A stretch of DNA of 63,985 nucleotides, the filler included, from Octopus bimaculoides (lineage: Eukaryota), in assembly GCF_001194135.2 (NCBI RefSeq). It is 10 parts of 6 records of this genome, joined end to end, with 100 filler letters (N's around TTAATTAATTAA, not from the genome) between each part and the next. Parts side by side here need not be neighbours in the genome. Positions count along the whole stretch, not along the records: positions 12,007 to 24,835 come from NC_068986.1; positions 24,936 to 37,722 come from NC_068984.1; 8 more parts are not named here. One strand, written 5' to 3'. The translations under genes were made by a program, and so were the position numbers. Numbering within the stretch: the stretch's first letter is position 1; each line of letters opens with the position of its first letter. Positions 23,254 through 37,204 of the stretch are shown piece by piece. The notes under the pieces are model-generated. The model worked only from the letters and a program-made list of their open reading frames with translations, did not search any database and was not told the origin of the DNA.

Positions 23254-23960
23254 GGATCTTGTTCAAAACGGGGGCACCAGTTTTCATTTAAGTTTTATGT
23301 AGTGTTTTTGTTACCGAAAGACTTTCAAACTTCGTATACTTATCTATTTTGTGTTATAGAACAGAAAAAAAATTTTGTATTCGAATTTATTTCATGTAAA
23401 AAATTGTCTTATTTCGATAATTTCTACTAATCACTGACGTCTATTCAGTTGAAAACAGTTAGCGCTGTAACAGTGTATATCGTATTAATCCCCGTTAGTT
23501 CTGACATTTCCGATTAACTAGACTGTTAACCCTAACCCTAACCCTAACCCTAAAACTAACCCTAACTCTAGAATCCGAACTCTAAAATTGTTACAGACAT
23601 AGATACGCACAGCGTAATTTATTATATAAACAATATATGCGTATAAATTACGATTAAACCGGATGAAATATGTCACAGGGAATAACATTTTTATGACCGG
23701 GGAGNNNNNNNNNNNNNNNNNNNNNNNNNNNNNNNNNNNNNACCGGGGGGCAGTAACTCTATTCAGCTGAATAGACGTCAGTGATTGGTTGAAATTACAG
23801 AAATACGACAACTTTAACACGAAATAACTTGCGATCTACGTTTTTTTTTGTTAAGAAGACTAAGAGAAAAAGATGTTTTATATGACATATTCTACCAGTG
23901 TCCCAAGTTTCAAAGTGTTTCGTTAAGAAAATACTGTTGCCCCCGTTTTGAAATAGATGC
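23254..23960. mobile_element. Non-autonomous DNA transposon (MITE) with ~30-bp imperfect TIRs and 8-bp TSD TCTTTCTC
   Basis: Left GGATCTTGTTCAAAACGGGGGCACCAGT; right (reverse complement) GCATCTATTTCAAAACGGGGCAACAGT; TSD 23246-23253/23961-23968; internal 25-bp inverted repeat 23429-23453/23762-23786. Confidence 0.8.
23527..23570. repeat. Interstitial telomeric-type (TAACCC)n tract inside the MITE
   Basis: Four perfect TAACCC, then TAAAAC, TAACCC, TAACTC. Confidence 0.85.
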
Positions 23961-24332
23961 TCTTTCTCAAATACACTACCTCCCCCTCTCTCTCTAACCC
24001 CTCACTCTCTTTAGCACGTTTTCTCTTTCCATCCATCCTCCCATCTCTCCCTCTTTACCACGTACTCTCCTCAACCTCTCACTGTTTATCATTGACGATC
24101 TGTTACTTCACTCATTTTCTCTCTCTTTTCTCCCTCTCTTCTCCATTCGCTCACTCTCTAATTCTCACTCACATCGAAAGACAGTCTCTTCCTCCCTCTC
24201 TCTCTTTCACGCGCTCTCTTTCTCAATCACTTTATAAGTCTGTCTGACAACGGATCAGAAGATTACAGGTTCGAAACCTGGCAAGCTCGAAAGTATCGCT
24301 TTTAAAATCTTTTTAGCATTTAAGAGAATTTT

Positions 24333-24452
24333 AGGCACAGGCATGACCGTGTGCGTAAGAAACTTGCGTTCAAATTATGCGGCCCTGGGTTCATACCATC
24401 TGCATGGCACTCTGGGAAAGTGTCTTCTACTGCAGCCTCGGCCCGACAAAAG
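24333..24452 (+). mobile_element. Type-A SINE head
   Basis: GGCACAGGCATGACCGTG...GGCACTCTGGGAAAGTGTCTTCTAC. Confidence 0.7.
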
Positions 24453-24533
24453 CCAGTCTATCTATCTATCTATCTATCTATCTGCCTACCTGTCTATCTG
24501 TCTGTCTATTTATCTATCTATTAATGTACGTAA

Positions 24534-24835
24534 GTGGAGGCGCAATGGCCCAGTGGTTAGGGCAACGGACTCGCGGTCATAGGATCGCGGTTTCGATTCC
24601 CAGACCGGGCGTTGTGAGTGTTTATTGAGCGAAAACACCTAAAGCTCCACGCGGCTCCGGCAGGGGATGGTGGCGAACCCTGCTGTACTCTTTCACCACT
24701 ACTTTCTCTCACTCTCACTTCCTGTTTCTGTTGTGCCTGTAATTCAAAGGGTCAGCCTTGTCACACTGTGTCACGCTGAATATCCCCGAGAACTGCGTTA
24801 AGGGTACACGTGTCTGTGGAGTGCTCATCCACTTG
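24534..24835 (+). mobile_element. Type-C2 SINE (tRNA-Arg-like head, alternative tail), cut by linker
   Basis: Head as at 14155; tail as at 45330-45552. Confidence 0.88.
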
Positions 24836-24935
24836 NNNNNNNNNNNNNNNNNNNNNNNNNNNNNNNNNNNNNNNNNNNNTTAATTAATTAANNNNNNNNN
24901 NNNNNNNNNNNNNNNNNNNNNNNNNNNNNNNNNNN
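24836..24935. other. Assembly linker
   Basis: N44-TTAATTAATTAA-N44. Confidence 0.97.
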
Positions 24936-24996
<61 letters not shown>

Positions 24997-26778
24997 TCTC
25001 ACGTCCTCTCTCTCCCTTCCTCACCCTATCCTCTCTCTCTCATCCTCTCTCTCAATCTCATGCAGTTACAATCAGGCCACCGACCTCAATGAGATGTCAT
25101 TTGGTGACATCCTTCTAATGGATTTTGTAGGTAACTCTCTTTGGCGGATTTTAACATAGCCATGGGGATCTTCGTGTCCACCCAACAAGTATCCTACTCA
25201 GCACAACTGCAATCCTAGCAAGCAGGATTCATTCAACGCTTGCATATGCAGAATCTTCTGGTTGGTGATGTGGTTACATCAAGTAGTGTTGATTGTAGAT
25301 CATAGCTGGTCTCAGCAAAATGTGACTAACAGGATAGTTTCGCTGCTTAGTACACTTTGCATTTTGTTGGCAGTTTTATGGCAGGTTGTTTGCTCATTCA
25401 ACCATTGAGCTTCTCAAAATATACCGCAACTGGCTGAATTCAGTAGTATCTCTTTCATTTCTCCGCACCTTTGTCCCACTGAGGTCAACTTTACTATTCA
25501 ACCTCTCGGTGTTGCTTATTTAGGGCTACGGATTTCTGAGCGTCTTACGAGAATGCTGTAATATCTGTTCCGGCTCTTTGCATTCTGAATTCAAATTCCC
25601 CAACTTTCAATAAGCTCACCGGTGGGTATCGAAGCACTGGCATCGAGCTGAATGTAGAAAAAAAAACTTAAAGACTAACTATGAATTTCTAACGAGATTT
25701 CATAAGAGGTTGCAGATAGATAATATGAATGCAAACTGATTCAATGAAATAATGAAAGGCATATTAAAATAAAATATAACGGGACACCCTTGTGATCCTA
25801 GAAACTAGTTATACATGTAGAGATATAACAAGATGACAGTGAGAAATAAATTTTGTGTTACCCAGATTAATATACACTGGCAGTAAGCCAGGCGGTTTCA
25901 AAATTCAGTTGAAACATCTGAGTCCAAATATTCCATGGCTATGAAAAGAATAATTTTTAAGAAAATGTTTCAACAAATATAGTTTTATTACATGTCTCAA
26001 ATTATATTAGGAATTCATCTTGAAGTTAAATCTACTGAAGTGCCCTATAGACTGCATTCACCACGAGATGGTATACGTAGGAGCACACCACTTGATCTGG
26101 GATATGTGGCTCATCACCCCCTCCTCTTCCGCTGCTTTATCCCACCCACCCACCTTTTTTCTACTTTTTCTTTCTTCTCCTTTCTTATCTCTCTTCTTTC
26201 CTATTTCTTTATATTTCAATGATGTGATCAAAGTCAGTCATTCATTACAAGAAAAAATCATGACATATATCAAAATAATTATATGCATACATATATATAT
26301 ATGTATATGTATGCATGTTTGTCTTTATGTATGTATGCATGTACGTATTATATTATATTATTTTATTTTATATATTGTATTATATTTCCGGACATGCAAC
26401 GTTCCTCCAGAAACCGTTTGAATTCGCAGTTCACATGCACAATACATAAATGCACATGTGTATATGTGCATATATATATATATATATATATATANNNNNN
26501 NNNNNNNNNNNNNNNNNNNNNNNNNNNNNNNNNNNNNNNNNNNNNNNNNNNNNNNNNNNNNNNNNNNNNNNNNNNNNNNNNNNNNNNNNNNNNNNNNNNN
26601 NNNNNNNNNNNNNNNNNNNNNNNNNNNNNNNNNNNNNNNNNNNNNNNNNNNNNNNNNNNNNNNNNNNNNNNNNNNNNNNNNNNNNNNNNNNNNNNNNNNN
26701 NNNNNNNNNNNNNNNNNNNNNNNNNNNNNNNNNNNNNNNNNNNNNNNNNNNNNNNNNNNNNNNNNNNNNATATATATA

Positions 26779-26811
<33 letters not shown>

Positions 26812-27353
26812 ATATATGTATGTATGTAGGCACGTGCACAAATATTTAAGAAATGGTTGTAACACGTTTAAAGAAATAAAATCAACCTAGAATACAAAAG
26901 AGGTGAATCTGTTATAAATACGAAGAAAGCTTTGATCACGCGAAGCATTGCTATTTTTTCGATTATTTCTTCATATATTTAATGGCATCATTACCTTATA
27001 ATTAAAATTATCTTGTCACTTTAGAATGTACTTTTATTTATTAGTAGCTTGTATCTTATTCATTATATCTACATTGTCTAATTCTATTGTTAATCTCTCT
27101 CCCCTTCTCTATGTATGAGTAACTAATCTTTTGTAAAACGTTTTTAACTAGGCAAATACAGTATTAACATTAACACACACACACCATACATATAAAAGAT
27201 AAAAAGTACTTATATGTACAATCTTATGAGTGTGTGTGCATGTGTGAGAGAGTGTGTGCGTGTATATTTGTGTGTGTGAATAAGTATAGAGCTATGTGCA
27301 AGCTGATAGGCAGGCAAACATGAATTCAAGCAGAGTGATACACAGATCAAAAA

Positions 27354-27422
<69 letters not shown>

Positions 27423-27855
27423 TATGTGAATGAATTCACATATAAGTATAAATACATTTAAACGTGTATACACACATACATGTATACATATATGCGAATT
27501 CACAAGCTATTATATACGCATGAATGTTGGCGTATAGGAACATTAATGTATATATGGGCATATATGAACGTTGCAACTGTTAAAAAGCATGCACATGTAT
27601 TGATATATACTCAGATGTATAAGTGCATAAAATTGATATCCATCGTGAGGCAATTGTTTATAATGTATAAATATACTCAAACATTCTAACGCACAAACAA
27701 TATGTGTGAGCATGTATGTATGTATGTATGTATGTATGTATGTTTACGCGCGCGTGTGTGTATTAATGTACGTGTATATGTAATATGTATAAGTAGGTGC
27801 ATATGTGCGTATATTCATACATAGATAACGACGTGTCTCCGCATATTCCTCACAG

Positions 27856-28065
27856 GAAATAAACCAAGAGTTGAAAGCTAGTTCTATTGATCTGCTGCCA
27901 GCTTCTCCCTATCATCTGCAACAGATATCTCCATCTCCAAGAAAAGGCCAAATATTTCCCATTGAAATCAATAAAAAAGGAATAAAAAATCTGGAATGTT
28001 CGGCGAGAGACAGAATTACCATTAACATTTCCATAGCATCATATGTAGAATCAGTGATTCTCTGA
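27856..28065 (+). CDS. Weak candidate coding exon (EINQELKASSIDLLPASPYHLQQISPSPRKGQIFPIEINKKG...)
   Basis: Acceptor TATTCCTCACAG|G in phase 0, then 69 sense codons to TGA; no good donor and no recognisable domain. Confidence 0.3.
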   Translation, partial: EINQELKASSIDLLPASPYHLQQISPSPRKGQIFPIEINKKGIKNLECSARDRITINISIASYVESVIL

Positions 28066-28204
28066 CACTAAACTCTTGCTACTTGGTAGCAGATGTGGCA
28101 AATTTATCATTTACTAAATGGTAATGAAATATATTTTATATACCTAGGTACATCCATTCATACAGCCATTCATGCATACATATTTACGCATACATACATA
28201 CATG

Positions 28205-28242
<38 letters not shown>

Positions 28243-29401
28243 TATGTATGTATGCTTGTATGTATGAATATTTGTACGTCAGTATATATATTTCATTATC
28301 ATTTGTGTATATTATATATACGCACACAAACTCACAGACAAGCGCGCGTGCACACACACACACATATTTAGAGAGAGGGAGGGAGAGAGTGAAGCAAAGA
28401 GAGATAATGTATATATATACATATATATNNNNNNNNNNNNNNNNNNNNNNNNNNNNNNNNNNNNNNNNNNNNNNNNNNNNNNNNNNNNNNNNNNNNNNNN
28501 NNNNNNNNNNNNNNNNNNNNNNNNNNNNNNNNNNNNNNNNNNNNNNNNNNNNNNNNNNNNNNNNNNNNNNNNNNNNNNNNNNNNNNNNNNNNNNNNNNNN
28601 NNNNNNNNNNNNNNNNNNNNNNNNNNNNNNNNNNNNNNNNNNNNNNNNNNNNNNNNNNNNNNNNNNNNNNNNNNNNNNNNNNNNNNNNNNNNNNNNNNNN
28701 NNNNNNNNNNNNNNNNNNNNNNNNNNNNNNNNNNNNNNNNNNNNNNNNNNNNNNNNNNNNNNNNNNNNNNNNNNNNNNNNNNNNNNNNNNNNNNNNNNNN
28801 NNNNNNNNNNNNNNNNNNNNNNNNNNNNNNNNNNNNNNNNNNNNNNNNNNNNNNNNNNNNNNNNNNNNNNNNNNNNNNNNNNNNNNNNNNNNNNNNNNNN
28901 NNNNNNNNNNNNNNNNNNNNNNNNNNNNNNNNNNNNNNNNNNNNNNNNNNNNNNNNNNNNNNNNNNNNNNNNNNNNNNNNNNNNNNNNNNNNNNNNNNNN
29001 NNNNNNNNNNNNNNNNNNNNNNNNNNNNNNNNNNNNNNNNNNNNNNNNNNNNNNNNNNNNNNNNNNNNNNNNNNNNNNNNNNNNNNNNNNNNNNNNNNNN
29101 NNNNNNNNNNNNNNNNNNNNNNNNNNNNNNNNNNNNNNNNNNNNNNNNNNNNNNNNNNNNNNNNNNNNNNNNNNNNNNNNNNNNNNNNNNNNNNNNNNNN
29201 NNNNNNNNNNNNNNNNNNNNNNNNNNNNNNNNNNNNNNNNNNNNNNNNNNNNNNNNNNNNNNNNNNNNNNNNNNNNNNNNNNNNNNNNNNNNNNNNNNNN
29301 NNNNNNNNNNNNNNNNNNNNNNNNNNNNNNNNNNNNNNNNNNNNNNNNNNNNNNNNNNNNNNNNNNNNNNNNNNNNNNNNNNNNNNNNNNNNNNNNNNNN
29401 N

Positions 29402-29434
<33 letters not shown>

Positions 29435-31871
29435 GAGAGGGGGGGCAGACAGAGAGAGAGAGAGAAAAAGAGAAATATATATATATATTTAAAATATATT
29501 TCTCTTTCCCCCTCTTTTTTTTCTCTCCCTCCGTGTGCATCAATCAACGTATTTCACTTTCCCTTTCTCTACCTATCTACCTATTTTACCATCCTTCTCT
29601 CTCAATCTATGCCAGCCCTACCCGTCTCTTTCACACCCTCTCTCATCTCCCCCTCTCCTTCACCCTCTCTGTCTGTCTGTCTGTCTGTCTCTCTCTGTCT
29701 CTCGGGAATTTTGATTCTGATAAAGCTCCTTTTACATAACACTAGTAGCTTTTCAGTAAACACTTCCGACTTATTATCGTCGTAGTTTTTGTGATTGTTG
29801 TTGTAACTACTATTCGTGTTATTGCTTTCGTTGTGGTTGTTGCTGTTATTGTTGATATTTTGTACTGTTGTCGTTGTAGTAACTGATGTTGTTTTTGTTG
29901 CTGTTATAATTGCTAGTAATTTTATCATAGTTATTCCTGTAGCTGCTATTGTTCTAGCTGTTATGGTTGCAGTTGTTTATATTGTTATTATCGTTGTTGT
30001 TGCTGTTAACTTCGTCCAGTTCTACTAAAAAAAAAGTCGTGTAATACAGAATGCAACTGAGTCTTGACTGCATGCTTACGAAGAGGTTCACTTTACAATA
30101 ACGTGATTTCATACTCCATCTCATTGAACAAGCCTCGGTAACATCAAAGCCTTGTGAGGGAAATTTTGTAGACAGAAACTATGTGGAAGCCTTGTCAAAG
30201 GGACCAGTCTTGCTGTTGGGTGAAAACTTTACCTGTCACAATATTTAAACATGGTGCTTGTGGGCCGAAGCTGTTGCAAACATTTGCGTCATGTTTCTCA
30301 TCTGATGTTAACTTCTTGTCTTTTGTCGGAGAGGCCCTGAATAGTAATCATGTCTTCTGAGTTGTTTTCTCCGCTGACCAATCTTTATTACGATGTATAT
30401 GTCCAACATTCCAGAGATGGAAATATCAGATATTCTGAGCTACTTCAGATGTCGGAAGTCAAGAATTCTTAAACATTTCCCAATGTTAATATTTTTTTTT
30501 TTTTTTTTTTTTGGCACGACCCAACATTTAGTACCTCGAAATTTGCCTCTTAACCTTTGTTGTACATATGGGAGATTGTAGGTCCCAATCGCCGTGAAGG
30601 GTGGAAGAATGGGACACTTGCCACTAAACTCTTGTATAACAATTTATTGGCAAGAAATTTTGCGAGAGATTTGATAGATGGGGTGAATACTTTAAACTCT
30701 CCGTCGTTATTTTGCCTTTGTGAAGTCAATTGAAGTTTAGAAATAACAAATATTGGTTTATCAATGTTCAAAAGAAAGAATGTAGAAGATAAAATATGGT
30801 GCTTAGAATATAGATCAAGAAGATATCTGTCAGCTATCTAGTAGAGTATCTTCAATCAAAAGATGAAAAACGAATGGAACCCACCCTAAATAGGTAATTT
30901 TGCTGGGAGATTTACATGTGGTTGGCCGCTTTGCTGATGCCAACGACCACAACATTGCTTTCATCACCGCTATATGACGAGAAACCACTACTGTGTCCCT
31001 TAGGAGAGCATGTCGACGATAGAACGGTTTTTAAAGAAACTAAATAAGATGAAGGTGCCACTTTGCTCACTTTAATGATTTTACAGGTGTTGCAGTGGTG
31101 AGTAGATATCTACTCAATGGCGATAATAGAGAACTTCCAACAAACGTTGCGGGCAAACTTGCTTTGATGTCTTTTACATCTATTTCACATCTACTTACGG
31201 ATATAGGTTGTATGATGTGTGTAAGGGATGTAGAGGGAAGAAAGGGAACACACACACGCAAACGCACACGCAACAATCGTGTATATATATATATATATAT
31301 NNNNNNNNNNNNNNNNNNNNNNNNNNNNNNNNNNNNNNNNNNNNNNNNNNNNNNNNNNNNNNNNNNNNNNNNNNNNNNNNNNNNNNNNNNNNNNNNNNNN
31401 NNNNNNNNNNNNNNNNNNNNNNNNNNNNNNNNNNNNNNNNNNNNNNNNNNNNNNNNNNNNNNNNNNNNNNNNNNNNNNNNNNNNNNNNNNNNNNNNNNNN
31501 NNNNNNNNNNNNNNNNNNNNNNNNNNNNNNNNNNNNNNNNNNNNNNNNNNNNNNNNNNNNNNNNNNNNNNNNNNNNNNNNNNNNNNNNNNNNNNNNNNNN
31601 NNNNNNNNNNNNNNNNNNNNNNNNNNNNNNNNNNNNNNNNNNNNNNNNNNNNNNNNNNNNNNNNNNNNNNNNNNNNNNNNNNNNNNNNNNNNNNNNNNNN
31701 NNNNNNNNNNNNNNNNNNNNNNNNNNNNNNNNNNNNNNNNNNNNNNNNNNNNNNNNNNNNNNNNNNNNNNNNNNNNNNNNNNNNNNNNNNNNNNNNNNNN
31801 NNNNNNNNNNNNNNNNNNNNNNNNNNNNNNNNNNNNNNNNNNNNNNNNNNNNNNNNNNNNNNNNNNNNNNN

Positions 31872-31913
<42 letters not shown>

Positions 31914-32728
31914 CGGCGTATGTACACTTTGTTCTCTTATATGCAAATATACATTTTTCTAAATCTTGTACGACTCTATTTCTGTCTATCAGCCCTTTCA
32001 CTCTTCTTCGTTCATTCCACTCTTCGTTCTTTCCTTCCCCCTCTCTCACATTTCCTTGCCTTCTCTTCTTGCTCACTTTCCCTCCTCTTTTCACTTTACT
32101 GTGTCCCTTTCATTTTTTTCTCGCTCCTCCTTAATTCTTTTGTCCCTCTGCCTCTATCTCTCTCTCTTCTCTTCCCACATGACCGGCGTTCGGCCAAGCC
32201 TGATCTTTCTTTCTTGGCCGACTGTTGTCCGTGCAACATCGATATTCATCCCTGTGCCTGTAAAATCATGTAGCTCTGCCGTAAGGCTTTATTTCCACAC
32301 TCGCCAGCTTAATTTAATTCGTCCTTAGTCGAAAGACACCTGTTGTTATGTCCTGTTATTATTTTTATTGTATTTGTGTAACATTGTTCATTTTTTTTCC
32401 TTCCTTGTTTTTGTATACATTCGCTGCTTTCTTCCAAGGAATCTAATGATCTTAGCTTAGTTTTTACCTTGGGGCTGGCCAGATTGGAGCAATCTCGAGT
32501 ATACCCAGCCGAAATTGCAAACATAATCTGGAACTCGACTGACGAAAGAAAACTCCGAATGACCTGTTCGTGTTTTCTTTGTATCGTCTATCTGGATGTT
32601 TTGTCCCTTTCTTGCATCACCCAACTGTCTTGATGTTTTGTGTTCTTGTCCCATTCTGTATTATCTATATATATATATATATAGTGGTGTACGTACACTT
32701 TGTCTCTTATATGTAAGTACACATTTAC

Positions 32729-32792
<64 letters not shown>

Positions 32793-33503
32793 NNNNNNNN
32801 NNNNNNNNNNNNNNNNNNNNNNNNNNNNNNNNNNNNNNNNNNNNNNNNNNNNNNNNNNNNNNNNNNNNNNNNNNNNNNNNNNNNNNNNNNNNNNNNNNNN
32901 NNNNNNNNNNNNNNNNNNNNNNNNNNNNNNNNNNNNNNNNNNNNNNNNNNNNNNNNNNNNNNNNNNNNNNNNNNNNNNNNNNNNNNNNNNNNNNNNNNNN
33001 NNNNNNNNNNNNNNNNNNNNNNNNNNNNNNNNNNNNNNNNNNNNNNNNNNNNNNNNNNNNNNNNNNNNNNNNNNNNNNNNNNNNNNNNNNNNNNNNNNNN
33101 NNNNNNNNNNNNNNNNNNNNNNNNNNNNNNNNNNNNNNNNNNNNNNNNNNNNNNNNNNNNNNNNNNNNNNNNNNNNNNNNNNNNNNNNNNNNNNNNNNNN
33201 NNNNNNNNNNNNNNNNNNNNNNNNNNNNNNNNNNNNNNNNNNNNNNNNNNNNNNNNNNNNNNNNNNNNNNNNNNNNNNNNNNNNNNNNNTATATATATAA
33301 ACAAATAGTAAATGAGTATATGCATATATACGTACAGGTATGTGCATACCGACATTCACCTGTATGTATAGGTGCATATCTGGGTACAGGACATTACAAA
33401 CAAAACAGAGACGAGAAAACACACAAGCCACATAGAGAACATTCTACTTCATCAGCTACCCCCGTTTTAACACCGGCGTTTCGAAGAGCTGTGTTAAAGC
33501 AGC

Positions 33504-33537
<34 letters not shown>

Positions 33538-34029
33538 GCATACTGTGAATCATGTGAGCCGGAACATCCTATATATAGTCAGAAAGTCAGCAACTAAACA
33601 AGCAATTCCACCAAACCTTCTCGATGACGAGCAAATATTTTTGAACATTCTAAGAGTTAAAAAGCTAGACTTATCAAGGAGTATGTGTGTATGTGCGTGC
33701 GCGCGTTTGCACTCTGATCGAGTGAATGGCCAACTTAGTGAGCATGTTACTTTTGGAAAATTCTTCATTCTCCAGATTATCTCCTTTTCTCCTTTGGAGT
33801 TGATCCAAGTTACCAACAAGCGATTGTCCTACCTTCTCTGGATGCGGTGATAGTGTATTCGTATTTGATAGGCCCTAATTCGTCTTTATTATTGAAATAT
33901 ATGCAACTGGTCACACTGAGTTGTCTTATCTTGTTTCTATTTCATGTCTGTGTATGTATGCGCGAGTGTGTGTAAATGCATGCACGTATACACATATATA
34001 TATATATATGCATGCAAGTATGTATATTT

Positions 34030-34190
34030 CAGGAGTGGTTATGTGGTAAGTAGCTTGCTTACCAGCCTCATGGTTCCGGGTTCAGTCCCACTGCGTGGTA
34101 CCTTGGGCAAGTGTCTTCTACTATAGCCTCGGGCCGACCAAAGCCTTGTGAGTGGATTTGGTAGACGGAAACTGAAAGAAGCCCGTCGTA
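34030..34190 (+). mobile_element. Type-A SINE 5' half, running into (TA)n and a gap
   Basis: Near-consensus head. Confidence 0.88.
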
Positions 34191-34691
34191 TATATGTATA
34201 TATATATATATATATATGCGTGTGTATATGTTTGTGTGTCTGTGTNNNNNNNNNNNNNNNNNNNNNNNNNNNNNNNNNNNNNNNNNNNNNNNNNNNNNNN
34301 NNNNNNNNNNNNNNNNNNNNNNNNNNNNNNNNNNNNNNNNNNNNNNNNNNNNNNNNNNNNNNNNNNNNNNNNNNNNNNNNNNNNNNNNNNNNNNNNNNNN
34401 NNNNNNNNNNNNNNNNNNNNNNNNNNNNNNNNNNNNNNNNNNNNNNNNNNNNNNNNNNNNNNNNNNNNNNNNNNNNNNNNNNNNNNNNNNNNNNNNNNNN
34501 NNNNNNNNNNNNNNNNNNNNNNNNNNNNNNNNNNNNNNNNNNNAACCTTTCGTTAAAATTTCGTATTGGAGTTCCAAAAACCAGTCTAATAATGATTCTG
34601 TTATCTCTTCAGTATTTAAAAAATTAATTGAAACAAAAGTTATGTATTTCAAAACGAATATGGTAACGAAGCACTTAACACCTATCCGCAA

Positions 34692-34785
<94 letters not shown>

Positions 34786-35291
34786 CGATAATGATGATGA
34801 CAACGACGACGACGATGATGGTAGAGTAAAGGACAATTCATCAAATAGTAAAACGAAATACCTGTTGCATAGTTGGAGTGGTTGTAACTTCCCCTAGTTT
34901 GCGAGGGATAAAGGCTACATGGACGAGAAATAGAGTGGAAACGTGCGAAAAATGCGACCTAAAAGGACTAGAAAATGCTTCAGTAGCACCAGGGCTACTT
35001 GGTAGCGCTAAAGAGTAAAATATTTTTGGAATGTACCGAATTCCTTGAGATTTCCAATCGGCATCTGAAGAGGAGAATGTCCATGCATAGAAACTAAGGA
35101 AAATAATGAATGTGAGTGCTTGTGTACGTGGACAAGTTTTGTATGTAGGTCTCTGTTTACGTGTGTGTATGGGTGTAAAAGCTTTGCGTGTACGTCTCTA
35201 AATGTGTGTGTAATTGAATGTTTCCATAAACAGATATTATATAAACGTTGGCTGATTACGACACATAACCCCCTCTGTCTCTCTCTTTCCA

Positions 35292-35330
<39 letters not shown>

Positions 35331-35796
35331 TTCTCTTCATAAACTTCCTAGAACAGCATCATGCTTCACTGCTAAAACCGACAACGCCCTTTCGAAGGGG
35401 TACAAAAACAATAAAATAAATGAATGAATAAAATAAAAATAGCCGACCAAATAACGAGAAACGAAACACCGAAAAGGAATAAAAAGAAACAAATAAGAAC
35501 AACAAAACAAATCAAAAGAAAACATCAACAATAACCACAAGAACAGAAACAACCTAATGGGTCACACAAAGCGATGAAGAAATGGGAAAATGTTGGGATC
35601 TGCTTTTTATATGAAACACTGTTGTTACTGTTGTTGAGGATGATGATAATGATGGTGTTAATGTTGTTTTATAAAGAAAAATGGAATTTGTCTCCAGAAA
35701 ACGGCTGTGGAACATTTCTGTTAGATTTCCTCTACGTATATAAATATATTGGTTTTCACTAAAATTTCGGTAGAATATACATATATATGTGTGGGC

Positions 35797-35827
<31 letters not shown>

Positions 35828-37204
35828 TGTATGTATGTATGTATGTATGTATGTATGTATGCATGTATGTATGTATGTGTGTGTGTATGTATGTATGTAT
35901 GTATGTATTATGTGCGTATGTATATATACGCGAATTGTTAGAAAGGACCACAAAAGTACAGCTCCCAAAATTACTNNNNNNNNNNNNNNNNNNNNNNNNN
36001 NNNNNNNNNNNNNNNNNNNNNNNNNNNNNNNNNNNNNNNNNNNNNNNNNNNNNNNNNNNNNNNNNNNNNNNNNNNNNNNNNNNNNNNNNNNNNNNNNNNN
36101 NNNNNNNNNNNNNNNNNNNNNNNNNNNNNNNNNNNNNNNNNNNNNNNNNNNNNNNNNNNNNNNNNNNNNNNNNNNNNNNNNNNNNNNNNNNNNNNNNNNN
36201 NNNNNNNNNNNNNNNNNNNNNNNNNNNNNNNNNNNNNNNNNNNNNNNNNNNNNNNNNNNNNNNNNNNNNNNNNNNNNNNNNNNNNNNNNNNNNNNNNNNN
36301 NNNNNNNNNNNNNNNNNNNNNNNNNNNNNNNNNNNNNNNNNNNNNNNNNNNNNNNNNNNNNNNNNNNNNNNNNNNNNNNNNNNNNNNNNNNNNNNNNNNN
36401 NNNNNNNNNNNNNNNNNNNNNNNNNNNNNNNNNNNNNNNNNNNNNNNNNNNNNNNNNNNNNNNNNNNNNNNNNNNNNNNNNNNNNNNNNNNNNNNNNNNN
36501 NNNNNNNNNNNNNNNNNNNNNNNNNNNNNNNNNNNNNNNNNNNNNNNNNNNNNNNNNNNNNNNNNNNNNNNNNNNNNNNNNNNNNNNNNNNNNNNNNNNN
36601 NNNNNNNNNNNNNNNNNNNNNAATATATAATTAATATATAAATATATGCATATATACATACATATATGTACATACCTACATATATATGTATATATACATG
36701 TATATGTGGGTACAGGACGTCAAAAACACCATGAACAAAATGAGAAACGGTAACATAAAAAACAAAAACAGAAAACTAACTTTTTTTCGAACAATATAAG
36801 AAACAAATAGAGAAACGAGACAGGCAACATAAGGAACATTCCCTTCATCAGTTGTCCCCCTACTCCACGTTTCGAAGGTAGGGACAAGACGCGACTTCGT
36901 TAAAACAGTCCTTCGCGCAAAGCAAATTAAATAAAATTTGGGATTTTTTGCGGAGGGTTAAAGTGGTAACGAAAACAGGACAGTGCGAACAAAACAGTAA
37001 AAACAAATGGTGAGGGCTGTTAAGCTATGACGATGTGAAGTGGTGAATGCTGGAAAAACGAGCTTTGAGAAGAAACAGGCAAAAGCATGTCTTGTTTTTA
37101 GGAAGAAAGTGGAAGAAAGAAAGATAGATAACCGTTGGTCACGTGTGAGCCACGAGAGAGTCAAAGAGGAAGAGTGAGAGAGAGAGGGGGAACGNNNNNN
37201 NNNN

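Noticed and set aside
23527-23570. True telomere or chromosome fusion site
   Set aside because: Only ~7 hexamers in one orientation, enclosed by MITE TIRs.
25050-25400. Possible highly decayed RTE 3' end on minus
   Set aside because: Only faint motif resemblance with many stops.
30250-30340. VGRSCC... as RECK CC2 exon
   Set aside because: Wrong Cys spacing, early stop and no splice sites.
36835-36890. GAAAC...CUGAUGA words on minus (also 33440-33495 and CUGACGA at ~32550)
   Set aside because: Order and stems do not give a convincing hammerhead; possibly decayed PLE termini but not supportable.
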